A DNA stretch of 32,000 bases from Mycobacterium leprae TN (GTDB lineage: Bacteria; Actinomycetota; Actinomycetes; Mycobacteriales; Mycobacteriaceae). Positions 23,177 to 31,113 of the stretch are shown in pieces (the stretch's first letter is position 1; every line of letters begins with the position of its first letter). A model generated the notes under the pieces. The model searched no databases. It was not told the origin of the DNA and worked only from the letters and a program-made list of their open reading frames with translations. The stretch is from positions 1,620,001 to 1,652,000 of the forward strand of contig NC_002677.1 of assembly GCF_000195855.1 (NCBI RefSeq), written 5' to 3'. A program made the position numbers and the translations under genes.

Positions 23177-24459
23177 GTGGAGTGGGCGTCAGTGTGGGGA
23201 AACTGTGCCGATGAGCAATTCTGTGCAACGTCGGCGATTGTGTGGACGACCTCGGAGCGGAGGCTGGACTGATTGAGGCGGTTGTGCGGGCAGAGTTAGC
23301 GTGGTGAATCAGTACGGGCACTAGGCATTGGGTCACCGACTGTGCGCTCACCGACGCAGTGATGGCCGACATGACCATTCTTACAGCAGGTCATTAGCTG
23401 CAGACCCCGCAAACTGGTTTGGTGACGATTGAGGTTTGGTGCGTAGTTGCATACATAGTCTAAGGTCTGCAGCTGGCTGTGCACGGACGCGGGGTGGAGA
23501 ACCAGAGTGATATTCGATGCCCAGTCGATCATCAGCGCTACTGCGATCGCGACGCATGGGTCCGGAGTACGTTTTCCGAACTTGTTGGCGCGGATCGTTG
23601 CGGTGCGACACGTTACCGTAACCGGTGACGTGTAAATTTTAGACGGAAGGCTCAAACGCTGGTGCCTAGCTAGGCGCGGGTGTCGCTGAGTGCGTTAGGG
23701 ATAATCTCGCAAGTCACCGTCCAAGCGGTGCCGCTCTACACTCTAAATCGCCGTGACGAACGACGTACGCTAACCAATATCCTGGAAAACCTCGACGAAC
23801 ATGTCTATGGCAATGACCACTTTGGATTTTCTGTATTTCCTTATTTTGACACGGCTTTGACGAGAATCTACCCGATGCACCGATGAATCGCCCACGAGCA
23901 GGTGGAAAATGGGCGACGGGGCATGATTTTCCGTACTGGGGCACCACTTTCTCCGTACCGCCCCGACTCTTAATCGCCTTATGAAGAAGGTGATCTCGAA
24001 TTTCACCGTCCAGGACTAAGCCTACAAGGTGTACGCGATCGAGTGGAAGGTCAAGTTCACCGAGATGAAATATTCGATCCCTTACGGGCACATACGCGTA
24101 GCGATCCAGCAGATCGTCGACCTTGTGCGCCGTCACAACTTGCCGATCATGTTCCCGCTCGAGGTGCGCTTAGCGGTGTCTGACGATGTCTTTACTATCT
24201 ATTGAGCATAGGCGTGACAGACTGCTACTTCGGTGTCCATCAGTACACCGTGATGGAATTCGAGACCTATTTTCGTGTCATCGAGACAATCATGGATGAA
24301 TATGCCGGCCGGCCACGTTGGGGCAAGCGTCACTATCAGAACTCCGGTACGTTGCTCGAGCGGTAGACCGGATGGCACTTTTTCACCGGCATCCGCGACC
24401 GCCTCTACCCTGACGGCATCTTTATTAACGACTACACCCGGCGCGTGCTGGAGCTCTGA
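23177..24459 (+). pseudogene. L-gulono-1,4-lactone dehydrogenase/oxidase (Rv1771-like, FAD-linked) pseudogene
   Basis: Ordered fragments are VWGNCADEQFCATSAIVWTTSE, ISATAIATHGSGVRFPNLLARIVAVRHVTVTGDV, LSALGIISQVTVQAVPLYTLNRRDERRTLTNILENLDEHVYGNDHFGFSVFPYFDTAL, FTEMKYSIPYGHIRVAIQQIVDLVRRHNLPIMFPLEVRLAVSDDVF, HQYTVMEFETYFRVIETIMDEYAGRPRWGKRHYQNSGTLLER* and IRDRLYPDGIFINDYTRRVLEL*, with the stop at 24457..24459. These match my recollection of Rv1771 along its whole length. Many frame disruptions are present. Confidence 0.7.
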
Positions 24460-25069
24460 TGCCAAGCGATAACCTAAAAATCTGAAATGCTTATTTCACT
24501 GTCGATTACTCGATGAATATTCGTCTTCAGCATCTATATCAACATGATTACAATCATATAATAATGTGGTCGCTGCTTTGGAACAATGAAGACGATGCAC
24601 AAATCATGGCACAGTATGCAAGAGCCGACTGTGATCGTGAACTGTGCTTTTTCGCAACCTGATTGATCTCTGTTTGGGTAGTTGGCGCCGGCCATTATCA
24701 CTGTCGCGCAGGCCTCAAGATCCATGTCGATCTGCAAATGCTCGAAAGATCGTCACAGCGCAACCGTTATTCTGTGGGCCGCAGCTGGCGTGGAACGGTG
24801 GGTGACCGCAGTTGATGCTGTTGCCCTAGCGATATCCCGGATCGACGGGGTTTGTTCATCGCCGAGTCAGGTAGACAGCCGCCTGATTTTGGGCACGGAG
24901 CGCGCGGCTCAGTGGATTTGTGCACTTACATGAGACGGTAAACACCTTCCAATTCTGGCTACGCTTGGCCGGCGGGCGCCCGACGTACTAAGGGCACAGT
25001 CGAGGCCAGATTGTCTGTGACGCGAGCAGATCAACGGTTGTTTTGGCAGGTGACGTACGGTGTTTTCCT

Positions 25070-25633
25070 ATGCAAAATTACGACTATCTCACCTACGAAG
25101 AGTTCGGTCGCAAATTCTTCGAGGTCGCCGTCACACCGGCCCGGGTCGCCGCTGCATTCGCCGACATTGCGGGCAACGAGTTCTCAATGGAGCCGATTGG
25201 TCAGGGTCCTGGCAAGATCGCCAAGGTCAGCGCCAAGGTCAAGCTCAGAGAGCCTCGGGTCACGCGGCACCTAGGCGACAACATCACGTTTGTCATTCGT
25301 ATTCCGCTTTCGATCGATCTACTCGTCGACCTTCGGCTCGATAAGCAGCGTTTTACCGTCGCCGGCGACATCGCGTTGCGAGCAACTGCACGTGCCGCCA
25401 AGCCGCTGCTCCTCATGGTCAACGTTGAGAAACCGTTGCCGTCCGATATCACTGTCAACGTGTCGTCTAAGTCCATCCGTGGCGAAGTGTTACGCATGCT
25501 TGCGGGCATTGACGATGAGATCCGGCGATTCGTCGCACAGTACGTCACTGCCGAAATCGACTCCCCTCAATCTCAAGCCGCACAAGTTATCGATGTAACC
25601 CACCAGTTAGAAGCCACCTGGGCCGACCCCTAG
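25070..25633 (+). CDS. Conserved hypothetical protein; only uninterrupted protein-coding ORF in the decayed region
   Basis: ORF 25043..25633 trimmed to ATG 25070 (MQNYDYLTYEEFGRKFFEVAVTPARV...), 187 aa with no internal stops. G/C enrichment at the third codon position is visible by eye. The composition is balanced, not low complexity. I recognise no family. Confidence 0.5.
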   Translation: MQNYDYLTYEEFGRKFFEVAVTPARVAAAFADIAGNEFSMEPIGQGPGKIAKVSAKVKLREPRVTRHLGDNITFVIRIPLSIDLLVDLRLDKQRFTVAGDIALRATARAAKPLLLMVNVEKPLPSDITVNVSSKSIRGEVLRMLAGIDDEIRRFVAQYVTAEIDSPQSQAAQVIDVTHQLEATWADP

Positions 25634-26314
25634 GAGCCAAGTGTACGGAAACACCTACTAAACTCTACTACACTAGTAGAAAAGAGCAGTTTAGCATAGA
25701 CACTCGTTGGTCCGCTAGAAGCCTGACATAGCACGAAATACTAGTGGTTTTTGTTTTAGTCACCGTAACCGCTACCGATATCGGAATAGTCGACGACGAG
25801 CTCGGTCCCTTTGATCCACTTCATTAGTTTGAGTTTGAAGCCGTACCACAATTCATCACGCAGGCGCAGCAGCTTGCCGTACAACTAGGGCGAGATGCTG
25901 GTCGTTTATGCTGTAGGTTGGCATCGTCATATAATGGCCCATCTGACCCGATGTGGTGCGTGTTGTAGTAAATGCCCCCGATCGCTCCAATGCCCATCGA
26001 ATAGAACACTACACAATTCTCCTAGGGTAGCGGTTTGATAATTTCCGTTATTATATTAACTGCACATCAAACTATTTAGCGATGGCAGAACGAGATTGGA
26101 TTCAAAAGTGCTGGCTGATCTGATCAGCGGTAAGGCAGCTTCTTCAAGGTGTCGAACGAGAACTCCGTAGAGTGTTCGACGAGAACGTAGACCTTCAGCT
26201 GCTAATCACGAAAGTCTTTTTCTCCAAATCCTTGCACTCGACGGTCTCCGCTAGGAGTCTATTGCGGCAGTGGTTGCGGTGAAATGTCTTTTTAGTGAAG
26301 GAACCAGGCTTCGG

Positions 26315-26350
26315 GTTGTCCTGTTCCAGTGGCTGCTGGAACAGGACAAC
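26315..26350. repeat. Perfect 15-bp inverted repeat (hairpin, 6-nt loop)
   Basis: gttgtcctgttccag (26315..26329), loop tggctg, ctggaacaggacaac (26336..26350). Read directly. No flanking T-tract. Confidence 0.9.
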
Positions 26351-26559
26351 TAGTACATATCCGACCCGCTGCACTACACGGGGATGGCCAATGGTCAACA
26401 GGATAGCACAAACCCAGGTGATCGCCTTCACTGCCCTCGCCGTAGCGAAAATTCAGAAACCCATCTAGCTGTTGTCGTCGCGGGCTGCGAACATATGGCT
26501 GAGGTTTTCAGCTGGTGGATCAGGCATCGCCTACTCGGCGGTGAAGGTTAAAATTTTTG

Positions 26560-27100
26560 CTGCAGAATCGAATTAATGGTTATCGGCATTGTCGGTGTAC
26601 CGTTTCACCAAATCACTGAGGACCGCTCGGTCGAATATGTGAAAGTCTTTACTGATCGCGCAAGTTCCGCAGAGACTAACGACAACCGCTGCGTGCAGAA
26701 CGACAGAGTGTCTTTAGCATTTTAGATATCGGTGGTCGGCGGCATTGCCAACACGATTCGGCCGGCGCCCTGATCAATCAGGGTGCCGGCGCGCTCACTC
26801 AGCATCGATCGTGGTGCTCTTGTGTCTCAGCGACACTTCAAGCTGTGCCGGATCGCTGCTTGCAAACCGATGCCACCTGGTGTATCCACCGGATCAGTGA
26901 CACGAGTTGCGGAGCGGTGACGTCGAGCAGTTGGCAGCCGTTGCCCAACCGTCAGGCTCGACGCACGGTCGCCTGGGGTGTGTACACCGATATGAACCAA
27001 AAGATATTCGCCAGCAATTGGTTTCAGGTAGCACATGGTATCCTCGAAGCTGAAGAATTCGCCATGTTATGATCCCTTTTGGGGGCTGGTGGGCCCTACA
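26560..27100 (-). pseudogene. Possible short-chain dehydrogenase/reductase (SDR) pseudogene
   Basis: Minus-strand fragments are LLDVTAPQLVSLIRW, GGIGLQAAIRHSL, MLSERAGTLIDQGAGRIVLAMPP and SFCTQRLSLVSAELARSVKTFTYSTERSSVIW*NGTPTMP. They follow the SDR order (DVtd...v..lv, G.iD.lvnnAG, m...g.G.IVn.sS, Y.asKaal..lt..lA.E....gIrvn.v.PG...T.m), but every motif is degraded. Confidence 0.3.
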
Positions 27101-27250
27101 CTGTCCGCAAAACAACCAAATGTTTGCCAGCCCCTAGATTATCCAACTCTAGCGTCACAGATCTTGAGCTCTTTCTTAATTCAGCCCATGCCCATGAACA
27201 ACTTTGGAGTCTAGCATAGCTAGAGTCTGCTGCCTGAGAGCGCATCAACC

Positions 27251-27511
27251 GTGGCGGCACGGTTAGCGAGTATGACGGTAGGGTGGTTGGGTAGTGCCAA
27301 CCCTAAAGCGGCCACCCTCGGGATCGCGATGCTGCCGCAGTTCCTACCGGGCAGCGAGGCGGCACTTACGACGCTTTTCGTGCTGCCGACCATTCAGTGC
27401 GTGATCGACATCGTGTGGTGTTTGGGGTCTAGGATAGACTCGATCGTTCTTACCCGAGCTGACTATGATTTCATCTGCCAGGCGCGAAGTGCGATTCTAG
27501 GCGGTGACTGA
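27251..27511 (+). pseudogene. LysE/RhtB-family translocator C-terminal fragment
   Basis: ORF 27251..27511 reads ...SANPKAATLGIAMLPQFLPGSEAALTTLFVLPTIQCVIDIVWCLG... This matches the NPKa..f..a.lPQF.........l.l.......D..W pattern of the second half of LysE-type exporters. I found no recognisable N-terminal half upstream. From 27332 onward the fragment lies inside the inverted-repeat arm. Confidence 0.4.
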
Positions 27512-28218
27512 AATCATTGCTCAGTGAGCCGTCTTGGCCATGGGGGCGTGAAGTATCGCGTTGACAGCCGTCCGCTGCTATCGGGTAAAGCCGCGCCCGG
27601 CCAGTAACCAGTAACTTGTCCGTTTAGACTTCAAGGTGTCGTCGTGATGGTCATTTGGTGGTTATTTTTTGCTGGTTTGGTTTGGGTGGTGTTGTGGTGG
27701 GCTGGTGGGGTGTGGGTGGTTGATCTGCGCTAGAAGGTTGCCGTATGTGCCGCCGACGGCCGGATCATCGATGCACTGTTCACTAACACGATACTGCTGC
27801 ACCCGGCGGCATGCCTGCTTGCTGGCTGAGGGCCGGTCAACAAGCCGCCGACACCGATACCAGCGGCAGAAATGGTGCAAGGGATAACATCAGGTGCGAA
27901 TAGTTATACCGTGCACGGGGACGTGCCTGTTCAGGTGCGGCCACATTGACCACGCCGACACCTCAAGGCCATGACATGCACACTAAAACGCCCCTACCCC
28001 GCGGCGCTAACAACTATCCTCACACTCACGCCTGCATCGATATCGCCTTCAGCACAGCCCAGGTGCCCAGCCCCTGGCATCATCAACATGTAGACCAAGC
28101 AGCACCCACCACCGACATGCTTACGTGCGCCGCGCTAATCGTGTCCACTGCGGCAAAGCACACGAAGCCTCATCGAAAGCAGGCAGTCAGCCACCCACCA
28201 ACAAAAACCCCGCAACAC
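27332..28218 (-). repeat. RLEP dispersed repeat, left copy (minimum extent; includes LysE-like flank)
   Basis: This is the reverse complement of 31114..32000 (position x pairs with 59332-x), with no mismatch in any stretch I compared. It contains the reverse complements of the RLEP assay sites found in the right copy (129-bp amplicon region 27852..27980). The inner end is at 28218, 1 nt before the polA stop codon (28220..28222). The true outer end cannot be determined because the partner copy is cut at 32000. Confidence 0.9.
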
Positions 28219-28219
28219 C

Positions 28220-30955
28220 TTAATGCGCAGCAGCACCCCACGAGCGGCCAAAGCCAACACTTACTTCCAGCGGCACGTCCAAGGGGTAGGCACTGCCCAT
28301 CTGCTCGCGCACCATGGCCTCGATCTGCTCGCGCTCACCGATCGCGACTTCGAACAGCAATTCATCGTGTACCTGTAGCAGCATTCGCGACGCCAGCTTC
28401 GCCTGTTTGAGCGACTTGTCAACCGCGATCATTGCCACCTTAATGATGTCGGCCGCACTGCCCTGGATCGGCGCGTTGAGCGCTGCCCGCTCTGCCGCCT
28501 CCCGTATCTGGCGATTACTGCTGTCTAGCTCGGGCAGGTAACGTCGACGGCCTAACACCGTCGAGGTGTATCCATCCTTGCGTGCCTGCTCGACGACATC
28601 CATCAGGTAGTCGCGCACCCCGCCGAATCGAGCGAAGTATTGCTCCATCTGCAGCTTCGCCTCCTCAGTGGAAATTTTCAGCTGCGTAGCTAACCCGTAT
28701 GCGCTTAGCCCGTAGGCCAGCCCGTAGGACATCGCCTTGACCCGGCGCCGCAATTCGGGGGTGATATCCTCGATAGGTATACCGAATGCCCGCGAGGCCA
28801 CAAACGAGTGCAGGTCTTCCCCAGTGTGGAAGGCCTCGATGAGCCCCTCATCCCGGGATAGGTGTGCCATGATCCGCATCTCGATTTGGCTGTAATCGGC
28901 GGTCATCAGTTCGGTGTAGCCGTTATTTTCCGAACCAACGACGAAAGCGTCCCGGATCTGCCGGCCGGCATTGGTGCGGATTGGAATGTTCTGCAGGTTG
29001 GGTTCTGTCGAGGACAGTCGACCGGTCGTCGCAATCGTCTGGTTGAATGTGGTATGAATCCGGCCATCTGCGGCGACCGCGTTCAGCAACCCGTCGACGG
29101 TGACTTTGAGTCGGGTGACGTCCCGGTGAGTGAGCAGATGCTGCAGAAATGGGTGCTCCGTTTTGCAGAACAGGGACTGCAAAGCATCGGCGTCAGTAGT
29201 GTAGCCGGTCTTGGTCCTTTTGGTCTTCGGCATGCCTAGTTCTTCGAACAACACGACCTGCAGTTGCTTGGGTGAGCTCAGATTGATCTGCTTGCCGATT
29301 ACGGCGTAGGCGGCCTCAGCGGCGTCTCGGATCTGATCGCCGAATTGGCTCTGCAACTCGGTGAGCAACCGCAAATCGGCCGCAATACCCGCTTTCTCCA
29401 TGTCAGCCAGCACCTGTTGGACCGGCAGCTCCATCTCACCTAGTAGTGAGGTAGAATCGATGAGATCCAGCTCAGCGTCCAACGCAGCGGCGAGGTCTAC
29501 CACCGCCCGGGCCCGCAGTATCAGAGTCTGGATGGCTTGCTTGTCCACTTCGTCGACGTTGTCAAGCAACGAAAACTGTTCCTGCTCAGGTGTTTCTGCT
29601 CGCAGCTCGCGACGCAGGTAACGGAGTGAGAGATCGTCAAGAGTGAAGCTGCGTTGCCCCGGCCTCACCAAGTAGGCCGCCAACGCGGTATCGGACGTGA
29701 TGCCGCCTAGCGTCCAACCGCGACCAGCGAGATCATGCATGGCCAGCTTCGCCTCATGCAGCGCTTTGGGGTTGTCGGGATCGGCCAACCAAGCCGCCAG
29801 CGCGTCGTCGTCGTCGGGAGTCAACATCGCGGTGTCGATGTAGCCGCCGTTACCGTCGGCGGCGGCTACAGCTAGCGCAGTGGCGTCTCCGCCGTGCGGC
29901 AGATGTGTACCGACGATCGCTAGCCCAGACCTGCGTCCGTCATCGGCGTGCTTAGCCAGCCACCGCCCGACCGTGCCGGACTCCAGCAAACCGCCGCGGA
30001 CGTCAAACCCCTCGTCGACTTCGGGTACACGCTCTCCAGCGGCGGCCAAAGCCTCAAACAACCGGTCACGTAACACCCGGAACTCTAGGTTGTCGAAGAG
30101 CCGGTGAATTCGGTCGCGATCCCACGGCTGCAGCCGCAGCGTGTCCGAGGTTTGCACCAACGGCACATCTTTGACAAGCTCTGTGAGCTCTCGGTTGCGC
30201 ACCACGCTGGCTAGATGCGTCCGCAACGCTTCGCCCACCTTGCCGCGGACCGACTCGACATTGTCGACCAGCCCTTGTAGCGAACCGTAATCGACGATCC
30301 ACTTGGCGGCGGTCTTTTCCCCCACGCCGGGAATACCGGGCAGATTGTCGCTGGGATCGCCACGTAGCGCCGCTAAGTCGGGGTACTGCGCCGGCGTCAC
30401 CCCGTACTTCTCGATAACAGCCTCTGGTGTGAAGCGGGTGAGTTCGCTAACGCCTTTACGAGGATAGAGCACCGTCACGTCGTTGCTGACCAGCTGAAGT
30501 GCGTCGCGGTCACCGGTGACCACCAGCACACGGTAACCCTCGTTTTCGGCTTGAGTAGCCAACGTCGCGATGAGGTCGTCAGCCTCGAATCCAGCCTCAG
30601 CGAACACCGTGATACCCAGCGCACCTAAGACTTCCTTAGTGATGTCGATCTGGCCGTGGAACTCAGCGGGGATTGATGACCGATTAGCCTTGTATCCCGC
30701 ATAGCACTCGGAGCGAAACGTTTTCCGCGATACATCGAACGCCGCAGCGATATGCGTTGGAGCCTCCTCACGCAGCAAGTTGATCAGCATGGCGGTGAAG
30801 CCGTACACCGCGTTGGTGGTGAGGCCACCGCGGGTCTTGAAATTCTCTGTTGGCAGTGCGTAAAATGCGCGAAATGCCAGCGAATTGCCGTCCAGCAGCA
30901 TCAGCATTGGCTTGGTGTGGTCTTCGCAGACTTCAGCGGTCATTGCTGCACTCAC
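28220..30955 (-). CDS. polA: DNA polymerase I
   Basis: 911-aa uninterrupted ORF from GTG 30955. 5'-3' exonuclease N-terminus (LMLLDGNSLAFRAFYALP...VVTGDRDALQL), 3'-5' exo-like domain, and polymerase motifs A (LMTADYSQIEMRIMAHLS), B (RRRVKAMSYGLAYGLSAYGL) and C (LLQVHDELLFE). The C-terminus ...FGRSWGAAAH is native. Confidence 0.97.
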   Translation of the reverse strand: MSAAMTAEVCEDHTKPMLMLLDGNSLAFRAFYALPTENFKTRGGLTTNAVYGFTAMLINLLREEAPTHIAAAFDVSRKTFRSECYAGYKANRSSIPAEFHGQIDITKEVLGALGITVFAEAGFEADDLIATLATQAENEGYRVLVVTGDRDALQLVSNDVTVLYPRKGVSELTRFTPEAVIEKYGVTPAQYPDLAALRGDPSDNLPGIPGVGEKTAAKWIVDYGSLQGLVDNVESVRGKVGEALRTHLASVVRNRELTELVKDVPLVQTSDTLRLQPWDRDRIHRLFDNLEFRVLRDRLFEALAAAGERVPEVDEGFDVRGGLLESGTVGRWLAKHADDGRRSGLAIVGTHLPHGGDATALAVAAADGNGGYIDTAMLTPDDDDALAAWLADPDNPKALHEAKLAMHDLAGRGWTLGGITSDTALAAYLVRPGQRSFTLDDLSLRYLRRELRAETPEQEQFSLLDNVDEVDKQAIQTLILRARAVVDLAAALDAELDLIDSTSLLGEMELPVQQVLADMEKAGIAADLRLLTELQSQFGDQIRDAAEAAYAVIGKQINLSSPKQLQVVLFEELGMPKTKRTKTGYTTDADALQSLFCKTEHPFLQHLLTHRDVTRLKVTVDGLLNAVAADGRIHTTFNQTIATTGRLSSTEPNLQNIPIRTNAGRQIRDAFVVGSENNGYTELMTADYSQIEMRIMAHLSRDEGLIEAFHTGEDLHSFVASRAFGIPIEDITPELRRRVKAMSYGLAYGLSAYGLATQLKISTEEAKLQMEQYFARFGGVRDYLMDVVEQARKDGYTSTVLGRRRYLPELDSSNRQIREAAERAALNAPIQGSAADIIKVAMIAVDKSLKQAKLASRMLLQVHDELLFEVAIGEREQIEAMVREQMGSAYPLDVPLEVSVGFGRSWGAAAH

Positions 30956-30962
30956 GGCTCAT

Positions 30963-30968
30963 ACTCTA
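30963..30968 (-). promoter_or_regulatory. Candidate -10 hexamer TAGAGT for polA, 7 nt upstream of the GTG start (possible leaderless mRNA)
   Basis: The minus strand reads ...ccc TAGAGT atgagcc GTG agt gca... The hexamer fits the mycobacterial TANNNT consensus, and the spacing would put the transcription start at or next to the start codon. This is sequence inspection only, and no Shine-Dalgarno sequence is evident. Confidence 0.2.
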
Positions 30969-31113
30969 GGGTCTCGTGTTTGTGTCTGTGGCGGTGAGTT
31001 GTTCGGTTGGTTTCATAGGTGGTGGGTGAAATGGCTGTTTTTGCGTTTTATGACTGGCCGATATGTTCGGTAGTCGTGGGGGGCAGCCCGGAATCCTGTT
31101 GACGTGTTTTGCT

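Noticed and set aside
24470-25040. ORFs 24534..24737(-) and 24682..24933(+) as genes or identifiable remnants.
   Set aside because: I could not recognise any family in any of the six frames. The left part is AT-rich debris. The region is left unannotated rather than guessed.
26762-26789. Near-palindrome ccggcgccctgat-ca-atcagggtgccgg as a regulatory site.
   Set aside because: It has one mismatch and a 2-nt centre. It lies inside the SDR-like decayed frame, where it encodes ..LIDQGAG.., so it is probably coincidental.
13259-27250. Search for an intact novel multi-gene system (defence island, toxin-antitoxin, biosynthetic cluster) in the accessory-looking region.
   Set aside because: Every ORF longer than 100 codons there, except 25070..25633, can be explained as a fragment of a recognisable decayed gene or as an antisense or chance frame. 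No two adjacent intact ORFs exist, so I found nothing that would support an operon-level system.
27602-27615. Tandem cagtaac-cagtaac, other short AT-rich di- and hexanucleotide runs (for example 15466..15480 and 21896..21912), and any CRISPR-like arrays.
   Set aside because: There are only two short units each, with no regular repeat-spacer architecture anywhere in the window. This is too little to call a microsatellite or a CRISPR array.
27662-28410. ORFs inside the RLEP copies: 72 aa on both strands at 27662..27887 and 31445..31670, 154 aa at 27946..28410, and 112 aa at 31048..31386.
   Set aside because: They overlap each other on opposite strands and are low-complexity (driven by the G/T-rich tract; Pro/Thr/His-rich). 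One runs antisense into polA, and the two copies diverge in sequence exactly where the repeat ends. RLEP is not known to encode a protein. These are most likely chance ORFs.
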